Source of the DNA: Sphaerodactylus townsendi
Taxonomy: Eukaryota
Length of the DNA: 64,000 nt
Direction: 5' to 3'
Assembly: GCF_021028975.2 (NCBI RefSeq)
Contig: NC_059427.1
Span: 8,494,001-8,558,000 of the forward strand
The notes beneath the pieces were generated by a model. The model worked only from the letters and a program-made list of their open reading frames with translations, was not told the DNA's origin and searched no databases. Positions 27,173 through 42,027 of this stretch are shown here, in pieces. Every line of letters begins with the position of its first letter. The stretch's first letter is position 1. A program made the position numbers and the translations under genes.

Positions 27173-29489
27173 AAACGACTTTGAAAACTATTGTACTGTC
27201 AGGAATTAGAGTCCCTTTAACCAGGTACATATGCATGGTTGAATAAATCGGCCCTGCATCAAGTTTACTTGGTATTTGAGGCTAGGAAAGAATTTCTGTG
27301 AAACAGAGCCCTTTCTGTGTTACCCTATTCTGTGTAGAACTGTCTGACTAAAGCTTTGAGGTTGCTTGGTAGTTTTCGTTTTGTAAATTTTAATAGTTTA
27401 ATTGTAATTTGGAAGGTAAACTTTCTTGGAGTTGCTTTTGGATTGAAACCCAAGGCATAGTAAAATATAAAATAATTAAACTGTTTACATTTTACTGGCT
27501 GTTGAAAGTATTTCAGTTGGAGCAGGTGTCTAAATTTGCATATGAGAACCAGTGCAGGAAAAATGAAATCAATAAAGCTCTTTCCCACGCAGCAAGTGTC
27601 TTGTTAGAGAAACGTGGTGCAAAAGAAGTCAGTACATAAGAAGGAAAATAAACTGGCAGAAACTTGTATCAAAAATGAGAGAGAAGGAAGCAGAGTGAGA
27701 TGAAATCCATTCCATCCCAGGAATCTAGTACCAAACGTTACAGACCCACAGGGTCATTGTTTTCTGTCTGGGGTGAGATTTCTGCATTTCTGATTCTATT
27801 ACATTACTTATTGGATGTCCTATTCTGTTGATTGCATTGATCTTCTTGGTGATCCATCTTGGATTCTTTCGAGTGAGGAAAAGACAGACTATAAATGATT
27901 AATGAAATTGTTGAATTTGCACTCTGCTCTTTTCTGGTTAGCAGAAGGAAGGTTGAGGAACAAGTGGGTATGGATCACCTCCCTTGTGCGCAGCCAAACA
28001 GTACTCTAGAAATTCAGATGACCCTGGCATAGTGGAAAGTCCCGAGTTATCCCTGGACCATAGAGCCTCAAGAGGCCAAGAGCAGAGTGGACCTTATTCC
28101 AGACAGGATGAGAAGGGAAGTTTGCTGGGGTTGGGGAAAAACAGGTCATGAAAACTTGGTTGAGAAAGGAGGCCATTTTCTACATATATCTTTACGGGGA
28201 GGAAGGCACCTTCACAGCTCAGGAAAACAGCAGTGAGGAGCACTTGGTCCTGAGAAAGCAAGGAAGTATCTCTAAATACTGAAACCAAAGTAGTGAATGA
28301 GCCAGAATAAATGCAACTTAATTTCCATCTTCAGAGATAAGGGGGAAAGGATGCGCCTTTATTCCAATTTCTTGTACCCTTGCTCAGTTGTGTTTACCAG
28401 TGCAGTATGTGTGTGTGTGCTTTTAATTTGTTCATTAAACAACTTTTCATTTTATGTACAATCAGCTGATCACAGGAAACGACATGAAGCCCAGTTTAGT
28501 CCACGTTTACCAGTAGGATTTCCAGCTCCAGATTGGTGGAACTTGGGGAGGGGTTTGGGGAGGGGAGGAACCATAGCAAGGTATAATGCCATAAAGTTTG
28601 GGCTGTCAGGCCCTTCATGGGGGGGAAGGGTGGGGTTTCGGGACTTTGGAGTTTAATAAGTGATATAACCCCTGGACATATCAAGGGGATGCCCTGACCA
28701 CAGCAGTGGTGAGAAAAGATTTTTTAAAACCCACCACAAGCGTTATAAACAGTGGTATGTTATGTCCAGTAAAAAATCTGGAAGTGACATTGGAGTTTGC
28801 TCTAGGAATGATCCAGAAACTCTGTGGCAAAATCACAACAGCTACACGAGTGTGAAGCTTCTATTTTTTTTTACCTGGCGAGTGGGATGTAGTGCCACAG
28901 AGCAGCATCCCAGCCCTCATTTCCTGCACCCTACAACCCTCCTGCTGGTTAAGTTACAGTCTACTCTCCAAAGCACCCATTTTCTCTTAGGGGAAACAAG
29001 CCCAGATTTTTGGAGATGAGCTCAACCCCTGAGATCCCAGGGTGGTCCCACCTACAGGTGGTATTCCTACTTGGAGAGCTCACCTGAGAGAGGCTGGTCT
29101 CCTTTGTAGCAATTGAGCAAAAGAGGGAGATGTCCAACTGGTGCAGAGCTCTTTTAGGAGATTAAATGCGAGGGGAAAGTGCAAATCCTTGGGTCAGACA
29201 AAACTGCTGCAAATTGGTCTGCTGGTGGGAGTGTTGCTACCTTGGGAGAAATGGATAAGGAGTCTTTTCCAGGAGTAGCTGCTTGAGACTTGTACTGACT
29301 GTGTGACTTCCTCGTAGTCCCAGGGTGCAGCAGAGAGCACAGCACTGCCTGTCTCAGCCTACAGAGAAGTGTTATTTAAAGCCGTTTGTTTCTGTGTTGT
29401 TCATCAGCAACAGAAACAGGACAGCAGCTCCAAATGTTTTGAAGATCACATTTCGTTTGGTAATAAATGGGAATGCTTGCCAGCATTCT

Positions 29490-29668
29490 TTGATCTGAGA
29501 TTGCAAATCCCTTAACAGTCCAGGTGCTCGGGTGCAACAGCCGCAGAAGGCCATTGCTTTCACATCCTGCATGTGAGCTCCCAAAGGCACCTGGTGGGCC
29601 ACTGCGAGTAGCAGAGAGCTGGACTAGATGGACTCTGGTCTGATCCAGCTGGCTTGTTCTTATGTTCA
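29490..29668 (+). mobile_element. CR1 3'UTR fragment (young family)
   Basis: Near-identical to 5910-6090. Confidence 0.85.
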
Positions 29669-31884
29669 TTGTGTTGCCTGTATCATCCCTGAAAGGTTCA
29701 AAGAGAATAGCAAACTCTCAGGCAGCCTGCAACAGAGAGACACTGTTTTTGGCTAGTGAGGAGGAATTGGTGTTTATAAAATTCTGGTGTTCCAGAGTGT
29801 GTCATATTGGGGGGTTGCTATTTTTGTGAGCGGTTACTTGTTTGTTCATTTGAATTCTTGCTGATTTTGTAGGTATTGGGTTTCCTATAGCTCCCTGTCT
29901 GGAATTTAAGGCAACTCCTCTTTGTGGAGGGGTTCTGTGGGGATTGTGGCTCAGGCCAAGAGGAAAATATAATCCCCAGAAGCCTTTTGCCAGATCAACA
30001 AAAAGTGACGAATCCCTGCAAAGACTTCACTGTGTGGGTTTTTGCCAAGTGTTCAGAAGAGGGAGCTCCTACATTAAAAACCGAGCCAGTGGGGGGTGGA
30101 AGCCTTCCTTGTGAAGCTGGATCTGTGTGCAGCAACCACTCTAGGCTTTCTTTGGGAATAGAGCTGAGATTCCTAGAAGGGAATTTTTGCAGATTGAGGG
30201 AATCCCTTTCTTCATTACTTTCTTTCCCCTGGAAACTGGCTTCTTTTGAACATCATTTTCCCAAGACTGGCAGTCACACAGTCAATACAAGCCTTGAGAA
30301 TCTCTGGGTGAGTGCAGATTTTGCATATCTGGAGAGAAGCATCAAAATAGGGGAACCTCTCGTTGGAAAGCAGGCAAAAACCCCAGATTGGGACAGAGAG
30401 AATTAGGGCTTGTGGTCTTCTCCATTCCAAGCCTGGAGGGGGGATGAGGGATCCAGCAACCATTGAGGCTGAGCTCCAGGGAACAGTGGAGAGAAAATGC
30501 TTTTGCAAATGGGTCATGTTTTCTTATGGGTTGTATTGAGCTGTTCAGGGATAGCTCTGGAACTGGGGGCGGGGAGGGGATCCACTTTACGGAGTGCACC
30601 ACAGGGCAGCTGTAAACAGGCTCTTAAAAAGGCCCCGGGGACGGGGCGGTATAAAAGTGGAAAGTATAAATAAATAAAATAAATAAATAAATAAATAAAA
30701 AGCATGATTGATCCCTGCATGTGAGGATGCGGCAGAAAATCAGTGCTCCTGGATCTCCACCCGAGTGATCCTGTGACTTCCTTATCTCTGTGGGTCCTGA
30801 GTCATGGCATAATGTCTAGGCTAGGGAAAGACTGGCTGGGAGCTGAACAATTGCTGTAAAAGGCGTCCTCTGATTCAACTGGAAGACCCTTCTCTTTAAG
30901 CTATGCAGGAACTCCAGCAGTTATTCGCCAGAAGGGAGCCATGCTCTACAGTGGGGCTCAGGAGCACCTTCATGGCACCTTTCTTTTTCCAGAGACTAGA
31001 AACTAAAGCTATGTAATGCCTTCTTGTCGAGGCTAACTGAGATGACAGAAGCAGCCAGAGCCAGATTTCGAGTTCTATCAGAACCCTTCATCAGGTGGAA
31101 GTTACAAAAATTGAGAAAGATGCTCATGGCCTTGTTCCACTGCAGTCGGAGTTAGATTCAAATCTCTGCATTCTGGGGAAAGATGTGTAATTGTATCAGT
31201 GGGCCCTGGGTTTGGGGCTTGTTCCCGAATGCTATGTTTTCCTCTCCAAAATGCGGAAGCTTGAGTTAGGCTACTTTTCTACTCACTTCTCAGGAAGGGA
31301 TCAAAACCCAGATATCTGCTCCTAGCAATATATTGCCCTTTTCTCTTCCTTTCTTTTCTTCTTAAGTATAACTGTTAAATCTATATGGGACTTATTTATT
31401 TGCATCGTTTTTATACTTCACATTTCTCCCCAGTAGAGACTCAAAGGCTGATTCCGCATGGGCCCAAAACAGCAGTGTGAAAATGGTGTGAAAATGGTGT
31501 AAAGCAACAAAATGGTAAAGGGTTTATACAGTTTTCAATTGCTAGACTGCTTTGTTTTAGCCTGTCAGTGAATTGTAGCCAAAGAGACTTACAACATTCT
31601 TCCCTTCCCCATTTTATCATCACAACAACCTTTGAGATGGGTTAGGCTGGAAATGTGTAACTCACTATTATGATAAAGAATAGATTTGAGCCTGGCTGTC
31701 CCAGATCCTACTCTCAATCTAACCACTACACCACCCTGCCAATTCCTGCTCCGATCACAACTCCCCTCTGTATACATGGGCTGTCCCATAGACTTCCTGG
31801 ATCCAGCATGAATTCATCTTCCCACGTGGAAGGGAATGCATCTGATCAGAAACCTCCAGATTTCTATCCTTTCCCCTGGAGAAA

Positions 31885-32120
31885 GTCAGCTTGGTTTACT
31901 GGTTAAGAACAGTGGACTCTAATTTGTTTTTTCCTGCTCCTCCACATGAAGCCTGCTGGGTGACCTTGGACCAGTCACAGTCCTCTGAGTACTCTCGCAG
32001 CCCCACCTACTCCAAAGGTATCTGTTGTGTGGAGAGGAAGGGGAGGAGTTTGTAAGCTGCTTTGAGACTCCTTATGGGTGAGAAAAGCAGGACATGAATC
32101 CAAACTCTTCATCTTCTTCC
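31885..32120 (+). mobile_element. Squam3-like SINE
   Basis: Match to 461-743 including the ccaaactcttc tail. Confidence 0.7.
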
Positions 32121-32319
32121 TTACTTGAGCCATCTGGAATTGCTTAGCTACATCTTGTTTTGAATGATTAAAGAATCTCTGCCTCTGCTTGACTTTTTAA
32201 AATTCTCCCTGGGCTGCTCTGGGCTGTTTGCTCTCAGATACAGATTATGAGATTTTCAAAGTGTGGAATAGGGTTGGCAATGTGTGTGTGTGTGGGTTGG
32301 GGGGGAAATCATATCTACC

Positions 32320-32739
32320 TGAAAGGGTCTGGTACTCCAGTCAGTAATAAGACTCAAGGTAGGTTCAAGAGCTTTATTCAGAATTGAGTCAGCCCATCGG
32401 CTAGATAGCCGAAACTGGGGGTTTGGCTCTCTGGCCCCAGTATATACCTAAAGGTTACAGTTTAGTTCAATCCATAATCCCCTTGCACCCTTTGCATTCT
32501 CTTAATATCAACGTGTAACGAACAATGAGAAAGAGACATTGTTTCTTTGGAACAAGCAGATTACTCCCTTTAGAAAGACAGATAAGGAGAAACCATCAAA
32601 GCCATTGAGACCAGTTACATGTAATGAAAGGAAAAGAGGCCTCATGGCTCCTACGGTGAATTAAGATATGGCTGGGCCATCTGCAGCAGAGCTGTGTATG
32701 TGTGAGATTTGCCAGGCCAAGGATGGCACAGGCCTGACA
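32320..32739 (-). mobile_element. Solo LTR, 420 bp
   Basis: TG...CA ends; exact 5-bp TSD CTACC (32315-19 and 32740-44); on the minus strand TATA (32441-46) precedes AATAAA (32373-78) in U3-R-U5 order. Confidence 0.8.
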
Positions 32740-33050
32740 CTACCTTAGTTCCTTGTGTGATAACTTCTTCATTATGGACTAGCTGCACTACACTTCCACC
32801 ATTGGGACGAAAAAGAAAACACTAGAAGAGCACTTCAGAATAATTCTAGCATTTGTATGAAAATGCATTTTTTTTACAAATGTGCATTCGAAAAGTGAAT
32901 AGATATTTACGTATCATGTCAAATATTATCAAAAACAAATGGTTGAAGCTTTACCAGTGGATGGATATCAATTTGTGTTAATTCTCTACATTGTCCCTCC
33001 CAGGGAAAATCTCAGCACGATTGTTTAGCTCACTAGCATTATTTAATTTG

Positions 33051-33862
33051 ATGAAAATGGAAGAACTAGACTCTACAGGAGACGTACGTTGTGTGGCATC
33101 TGAGGCAACAGGGGAACAATGCTGTAACGGCCCAGAGTGCAAGTCTCTGATGGACTTTGAGAGAGAAAGGAAGCTCTTGGAAGCTACGCAGTCTGCAAGC
33201 AATGAAGGATCCTTCCAATCAGCACCTTCATTTCAGGTGAAAGAGGAGCCACCAGAGGGTTTGGCTGAAAACTGGGAAGCCCGATGGCAGGAGTTCCTAA
33301 GGATGGTGGAGTCCCCTCACTCAAGGTGGGAAATCTCACAACATCAAGAGAAACCCTCTCCATGGGAAGACACAAAGAGCTTTCTGTCCTCAGCTCCTTG
33401 AGCAAGTGGGTCAAGCCCAAGCAATGGCCTATAGAGAACAATGTGGGTGGCCTAGACTCTTTGCCAGCCCCTCAGCCTGAGGGACCTAAGAAAGCCTTTA
33501 TTGGCCTGAATGCTGTTGACAGAGAGGATTTTGGGAAGGTGAAGACAGCCATCTTACGAGGGGACGTCATCAGCAGGGAGAAATGGCGCCAGCACTTCAG
33601 AGGTTTCCATTACCAAGAGGCCGAGGGGCCGAGGGAGCCCTTACGGGGTCACCCAACAACTTTGTTCAATGGCTGAAAATAGAGAGGCTTCAAAGGAGCT
33701 AGATTCTGAGCTGGGCTGATCCTGGAACAGTTCCTGACCATCCTGCCTCCAGAGATCCAGAGCTGGGTGAGGGAAAACAGTCCAGACACCTGCTCTCAGG
33801 CAGTGTTCCTGGCTGAGGATTTCCTGCTGAAACAGCGGGGGACCCAGAGATGGGGAAAGCAG
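33051..33862 (+). CDS. Gene C exon 1: extended SCAN, frameshifted at ~33385-33720 as assembled
   Basis: MKMEE start as in gene [50 protein letters not shown] appear in shifting frames. Donor cag|gtgaga. Confidence 0.75.
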
Positions 33863-34235
33863 GTGAGATCATGTCATCAAGATCTGGTTAGATAATTCAG
33901 CCATCATTTGCTCCCCTGCCATGCTTTTCTTCTCTGTTCCCTTACTCCTGTCAGTCCCTTCTTGGCCTTTCTCTGTTTCTTGGCTTTTGAAATCTTTAGT
34001 TCAGGCTTGAGGGCCTTGTTATATTATAGAAGTCTTCTTGCTTGGAACAAAAGCCATTTAATCACATTCTGTACCTGGCTTCTAGCCAGCTTACCTTTCC
34101 TTTGCCATAGACCTAAATAACTCAGCTATCATTTTGCTCCTGTTGTGCCTCTTCCTCTGATCCCTTACACCTGTCAATCCCCCCCTTCGCTAGTCTCTAC
34201 TGCTAATTTTAAAACAACCTTTCCGTGGTCTATAG

Positions 34236-34362
34236 GTGTGGTATTTCAGGAGGCAACAGCACAGTACACTGAAGCTGGCCAGACTCCATCTGATGTCAGC
34301 CAGAAGCATCTGGGCAGAGAGACCAGAGGTAGGGAAGGCAACAGGGAATGCCAGCCAGTTGG
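34236..34362 (+). CDS. Gene C exon 2 (linker), with indels
   Basis: VVFQEATAQYTEAGQTPSD is paralogous to gene A exon 2; gtaagt donor. Confidence 0.65.
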
Positions 34363-35069
34363 GTAAGTGAAGGGGCCTTTGGGATAAAGACTTATGACTC
34401 AGCTGAGACTTGTGACTCAAGCTGAGGGATTTGGACCCACAGGCTGAAGATGAGTAGGATCCTCAGGGAGGACCTCGACAGATTCTCCAGAGGAATCATG
34501 GCTACAATTCCCATCATCCCCTGCCAGCATGATCAATTGGCCATGCTGGCAGGGGCTGATGGGAATTGTAGTTCATGAACATCTGGAGTGCCATAGGTTC
34601 GCCACCACTGGTATAGATTAATTTGGGTTTTTGTTTGACATTTTTGTCTCATTCCATTTCTTTATGGTTTTCCTCTTACAAGAGAAAGCATCACACCTGG
34701 GATATCTGAGAGCATTCAGTGACATCTGATTTGCATCTGATTGGACAGATTTTTGCTTAGTTTATGTAAGAGAAATCTTGTCTGTGTCTAAGCATTATTT
34801 AGGGTGATAAAATGAGGATAAGATGCTCGGGGTTTTCTTTTCTTTGCCCAAAGCTAGTATTATCATGAATCTGATATGTATTTCAATGCCCTCTATTTCG
34901 ATGTACCTTCCTGTCCAAACAGAGCTCCACTCCACACAGTTTTTGAGGCAAATATATTCTGTCCTTTTCCTCTATATAATTATAATTGTTTCTATACCTT
35001 GTTTGTCCATTTCCATTTTCCTCTGGTCCAAGTAATAAATTTTCCAGGATTCTCTCATTATTTCTCCAG

Positions 35070-35336
35070 CAACCCAAGGGTGGTTGGCCATCAGTGATGG
35101 GAAGAAATATGTGCCCAGAAATTCAGAATCAGTGGCACCCCACAGGATATCAACTTGGAAAGAAGAGAATGTTTCTCTATTATTTAAAAAACTTGGGAAA
35201 GTACCTCAACAGAGTCAGGAGAGGGCAGAGCATCAGCAGGAGACCCAGCCAATGGAGGAGATGGACGAATTCCTTCCTTGTGGGGGAGATTGTAGGGTTC
35301 CTAATGACACCATAGTCCAGACAGGAGCTAACACAG
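35070..35336 (+). CDS. Gene C spacer exon
   Basis: ttatttctccag acceptor, cag|gtaaga donor; 267 nt open, phase 1/1; paralogous to 48123-48323. Confidence 0.65.
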
Positions 35337-35375
35337 GTAAGAAACAAAATGAAAAATTAAGTAGAACTCAGTATA

Positions 35376-35380
<5 letters not shown>

Positions 35381-35422
<42 letters not shown>
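35381..35422. repeat. (AC)n microsatellite
   Basis: Direct reading. Confidence 0.97.
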
Positions 35423-35424
<2 letters not shown>

Positions 35425-36657
35425 GCTGGTGTGTGGCAAAAACTTTTCCTTGGGAGCAATCCTATGCAAGTCAACATAGAGGCAAGTTCTATTTCATTCA
35501 GTGCAGCTTGCTCCCAGGAAAGCATTAATAGTGTTCCAGCTGTTGTGGCTTAAAGCTTAAAATTGGAGAACTCATCCTGAGGAGGAGCCATATAAAACTC
35601 TGTTGTGGAAAGATATTCACTCATGATTCAACTCATACCTGATACCAGACAGATACTTGGTGGTTCAAGATATTGCTGCCACAAGATTTACAATAGCAAT
35701 CTCTCTTTCACTGTACGTCTGCAAAGACATCCATGTTCTGGTGTGATCTCTACAAGACATAATTGTGTATCTTTCCAAGAAAGACTGAAATCATGCAGGA
35801 ATGTGAGTGTGCTTTTTTAGGGAGAACTGTGAGACATAACTGGGTTTTTTGTTCCTTCCAAAAGACTTGCAGCTCCCAAATTCAACCCCCTCTCCTGGTT
35901 TATTTTGATATGGAGAAAGGGTAAAGGTCAGCAGGTGTGTGCTGGATCCCTTTGATATTTGAGAATTGTGGGGATCCCTCAGCAAGGGTGTACTGATTCT
36001 TCAGTCCCTGCTCAGACTGCCTTCTTTGGCCCTGAGGTCCTCTGAATGTTCGTTCCAGTGGCAAAGAACCCCTTTATACTAATGATGTCTAAACTTTGAG
36101 AGAAACTGTTGTGCAAGTTTGACTCCTTAATGTGAAATAAACAACTGGAATCCCTACCACTGGCTCTTTTAGGGTTCCAGTCGCTGCAGTGTAAACTTCT
36201 GGTGTGTTTGCCCTTACAACAGGATCTCATTCTTCTAAGCCTGTTGAAATCAAGGAAATTAAAAAGGATAACTCTGCTTAGCATTTCTCTGCAAAACAAG
36301 CATTAGGCAAAAAAAAAAATCATGAAATGGATTTCTAGTGTCCTACCTCTCTTATTTAAACTAGAAACTTCAACCCAGATGAGTAGATCAGACCTCAGTG
36401 CCCTTTTTACTCAGCAGTAACAGGAATCACCAGTAACCTCAGTTTAGTAAACACACCTCTTTCCACAACACAAGGACTAGTAACATTTGACATGAAAATG
36501 TTACAGGAAAGATAAGGGACAGAGAGAATCACTCTGTAGCAGGACCTGGCCAAAGAGAAGAAAACAGGGATACGTACACATGATGTACAGAAGGGATGGA
36601 TTTGAAGTTTTGTTTCTCTAATGGGCATTTCCCAAATTTCTGTCTTTATTCCTGCAG

Positions 36658-37949
<1,292 letters not shown>

Positions 37950-38287
37950 ATGCTTGGAATGCAGAAAGAGCTTGAATTGCAGCAATTAAAATTATTTCAT
38001 ATCAAGAAATTGGTATGTGGGGAAAGGGAGAATTCACCCATGAACTTTCCTAGACATTTATCACAAAATATCCAAGATGCTAAAGGAGCAAAAACCGTAA
38101 ATGATCTTTGGGCAACATAACAGTTAATTTATTGTGGCATAAACAATTGTGATTTACAGCTGATGTTATTTTCAGTGATTACATTTTCTCAGTGGAACAC
38201 CCTGTCTAATGACTCATTTGTGATTTTGGTGGCATGGTTTCAATTAATAGTTGTAATGATGGAGAGAGGGTTTTTTTTTATCTAGGC

Positions 38288-38974
38288 CAGGAGTCCCCAG
38301 TGTGGTGTCCATGGGCACCAGGGCACTCATTGACACTTTTGCTTGTCAGCCAGGTATTTTTTAGAAAGTTGGGGGTTACTTGAAGCTAGCAGAGCTTCTT
38401 ATTGGCCACTGGAGATCTGCCAGATACTGACAAATGAGTATTCCTTAGATAAATATGTACATTTGTGTGTAGCATGGTGTAGTGGTTAAGAGCAGGTAGA
38501 TTCTAATCTGGAGAACTGGGTTTGATTCCCCTGAGTGGTGGTGAACCAGATGTGTTTCTGCACTCCTACATTCCTGCTGGGTGACCTTGGGCTAGTCACA
38601 ACTCTCTCAGAACTCCCTCAGCCCCACCTACCTCACAAGGTGTCTATTATGGGGAGAGGAAGGGAAAGGAGCTTGTAAGCCACCTCAAGTCTCCTTACAG
38701 GAGAGAAAGGTGGGGGTATAAATCCAAACTACTACTCCTTCTTCTTCTTCACATAAGAAAATATTTTTGAACAATATGTTCATTTTTAAAAGCATCCTGT
38801 TAAAACAGAGCTTCTGCCACAAATGGTGAAGACCTACAGAGTTCTGCATTGCCTCACTCCCAGACATTTTCTGATCAGCTCTTCCTTGTGCATCGGTCAT
38901 TTTGTGGCTGCGCCCAGCACCTTGTGTCAGATTTCCACAGGTGTCCACTAGCTCAAAATGTTTGGGGATCCCTG
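38288..38974. mobile_element. Old hAT-type non-autonomous element with a nested SINE (38470-38751)
   Basis: TIR caggagtcccca / tggggatccctg; imperfect 8-bp flanks atctaggc / atctggcc. Confidence 0.55.
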
Positions 38975-39261
38975 ATCTGGCCTTCCTTCAGAATTTTCAT
39001 AAATAAAATCAATTCTGCAAATGCTTGAAGTGTGGAAAGAGCTTCCATTAGACTGAATATCTAAATCCATATGAAATTGTTTATGTGGAGAAAACTTGGT
39101 GGTCATTGTAGAGGCAAAAAAGGCAGGATATACATTTTGTAAATAAATAAAGAATACATAACTAACACGCCCCCCCCCCCCAAATAATCATAGAAAGACG
39201 AGGATAAATACAAAGTCAAAAAGTGCTTTAAAGCATAGTTAATTCACAATGGGTAAATGTA

Positions 39262-39747
39262 CAGTGGAACCTCAGTTTTCGTTGGTAATCCATCTGAAAA
39301 GAATCAATAAAAACTAGGGCGATGAAACCGAGGCAAATTTTTCCATAGGAATCAGTGTAAATCCAATTAATCCATTCTAGGCACTCCAAAAAATATACTA
39401 AAAACAATTTTTGGGGGTGAATAAACATAGTGTTTAATGCTGAAAACAGTAACTAACAATAACACTAGGACCAGCTTCAGAGCCAGTGGACCAATGTCAC
39501 ACCAGAAAGCTGTCCAAAGGGTATGTTCTGGCCTCTTTTAGATTTGTCTGAAGCAAGGACAAGACATTGTCATTAAACAAGTTCCAGACACGGCCTGCAA
39601 CAGCTTTGTCCGGGTGATTTTTCTCCACAAACCCCTGCACTTTACTGCAAATCGATGAAAACCGAGGCAAATCAATGAAAACCGAGACAAAATTTTCACT
39701 GAAAAGATCGATGAAAACCGAAACCTATGAAAACCGAGGTTCCACTG
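39262..39747. mobile_element. Tigger/pogo-like (Tc1-mariner) non-autonomous element
   Basis: TIR cagtggaacctcagttttc / gaaaaccgaggttccactg; TA TSD on both sides; subterminal ATGAAAACCGA repeats. Confidence 0.88.
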
Positions 39748-40049
39748 TATTCTAATAGCTGACAACAATTCACACAGTTTTCAGTGACAACCTGACAAGA
39801 TTTGAGTAACTGTATACCATCATGTGGTATGTTTCATTACTCTGGAGAGAAAAAAATAGTGCTTATGAGGTGTCACTAACTCACAAACATATTCCACAGC
39901 ATTCTCCCTGTAATAATGATGGCATCTACCTTTTTGGAGCTGGAGGTATTCTCACAACACAAAAGTCACAAAAAATGTTCTGATTGGGACAAAAGTTCAT
40001 ACTATGAACTGAACATATCCACTAGTGGATAAACTTGTGTGTGTGTATA

Positions 40050-40235
40050 TAATGCTGTCATGTCAACTCACAGTCCTCGACTCCTTGCAACCCTAGCAAA
40101 GAGCTTTCAGAGTAACTGAGAAGCAGAGTTGTTGTGCCATTTCTGTCTCTTCTATGTCTTCCTTTGGAATTTCCCTTCCAAGTTCCAACCCTGCTTAGCT
40201 TCCAAGATTTGGTAAGATTGAGCTGTACCATGCCA
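40050..40235 (-). mobile_element. 5S rRNA-derived SINE
   Basis: Minus strand atcttggaagctaagcagggttgg resembles the 5S internal control region; related pieces at 43075-43200 and 43490-43690. Confidence 0.55.
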
Positions 40236-41761
40236 TCTTCCCTCCCAGAGAAAGAGCTTTGAGATATTTTGAGGTGGGAGAGAAAAGAATGTCTGGAGAG
40301 TTTCTTTTGTTGCTCCATCACTGAGACTTTAAAGAAAATGCATGCAACTGTGTAGGTATTTGTTTTGGAAAATACTCCTATCTTAATGTTCAATGATATC
40401 TGTAGATAGACCATATAGAAGTTCTCCCTTCGTTTCCCACCCTCTGTCCTTAAAACAGTGTAAGCACTTCTTGATGTGGGAGGAGTTGACATGGGAGGAG
40501 GTGGTTTCTGAAATCATGGGGTCTGGAACTTTATCATAACTTCTCTTTTTTTGAGGATAGAGAGGAGCTAGCAACCAAAGTAGATTTAACAAAGTGAGTG
40601 CAATATGTTCCTACCAGCTTAACCCTTCAGAAACTTAGCAGTCACATTTTGAACTGCTAAGTTATCCCTTCAGAAACTTAGCAGTCACATTTCCAGATCA
40701 GGGGTGTCAAACAAGCAGCCTAGGAGTCAGATTTGACCCCTGAGGAGGGACGACCTGCTGAGGGCAACCATCCCACACACTGCTTGCTCTGATCTGGATG
40801 CAGGTCCAGGCATTCCACTAACTTACTCCACTGAGTGGTGAATCATACAGAGTTGTAACTGGCAGCTTGGATGAATGCTTAAAGGCGCCACTAACCACTT
40901 AATATATCTCATATCATATCACTCTCATGGCACCTGCTTCGGTAACACAGAGAGCTGAGTCCTGAGCATGCTTCCTAAGGAACAAATTAAAATTAAATGA
41001 TTGCAGGCTGTTAAGATTCGTTTAAGAGAGAACGGCCAGAGATTCAAATGTCATAAACAGAAGAGGAACAGAAAATATTTTTAAGAACTCTGTTTTGAGA
41101 TCTCTCTGGCTCATTCAGCACATGCAAGAATAATGCACTTTCAAACTTTCAGTGCTCTTTGAAGCCTCGCAGCGGAATGGCAAAATCCTGCAAACAGCTG
41201 TGAAAAGTGGTTTGAAAATGGATTATTTTGCATGTCTTGGAAGGGCCTGTGGGTTCATCAGCACATCTACAGGTATAAAAGCATTCTCTATCTTCATCTA
41301 AATCTAGTCTAGTTCCTTGGCCGTATGTTGGAGGGCAGTCTAAAATACATCTCTGTCCTAACACCTATGCCATGATAATGCTCTTTCTCAAAAAAATAAA
41401 AAAATGAGGGGGGGGGGATCATAATCTGCTTTCTCTAAGGTTGCCATCTGCTGGTTGGGAACTTCCTGGAGGGCTGCGGGCAGAGCCTGAGGGTTAGGGA
41501 AGAGCAGAAACCTCGGTGAGATATAATACCACAAAGTTCTTCCTGCACAGCAGTTGTTTCATCCAGACAAACTGATCTATATAGTCAGCCGATCAGTTTT
41601 AATTCCGTGAGATCTCCAGGTTTCACCTGGAGGTTGGCAACCCCAGGTGGAGCTTTTGCTTTTCTGCAGCTAACAATCTACATACTCTGAAATACCCCGT
41701 CTTCAACGAATCCCCCCATTCATGACAACAAAGCCCATATATACTGATACTGATAATAGCA

Positions 41762-41978
41762 CAGGGGTCTGCAACCTGTGGCGAACCCTTATCGCAGAAT
41801 CTTTCCTTGCTATACTGTGGCTCCACATGACCTGGAGGTCCGAGCATAGCATGGGCGTTGTCCCTCCAGGAAAGGTGAGTGGAGGGGCCAAACTGGAGGC
41901 TTTCGGCTCGGTAGATCTTCGGGGCTGGGGAAAACGGGTCCAAATGACTCTTTGGATGGTAAAGGTTGCTGACCCCTG
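41762..41978. mobile_element. hAT MITE, 217 bp
   Basis: 16-bp TIR caggggtctgcaacct / aggttgctgacccctg; exact 8-bp TSD TAATAGCA. Confidence 0.9.
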
Positions 41979-42027
41979 TAATAGCATATTCGGTGGTGAC
42001 ATATTCGTTTTTGAGAGTTCATTCTTA

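Noticed and set aside
39330-39740. Spaced ATGAAAACCGA repeats as a CRISPR-like array
   Set aside because: Subterminal repeats of a Tigger-like MITE in eukaryotic DNA; irregular spacing.
40623-40692. 27-bp direct repeat cccttcagaaacttagcagtcacattt
   Set aside because: Two copies only; simple local duplication.
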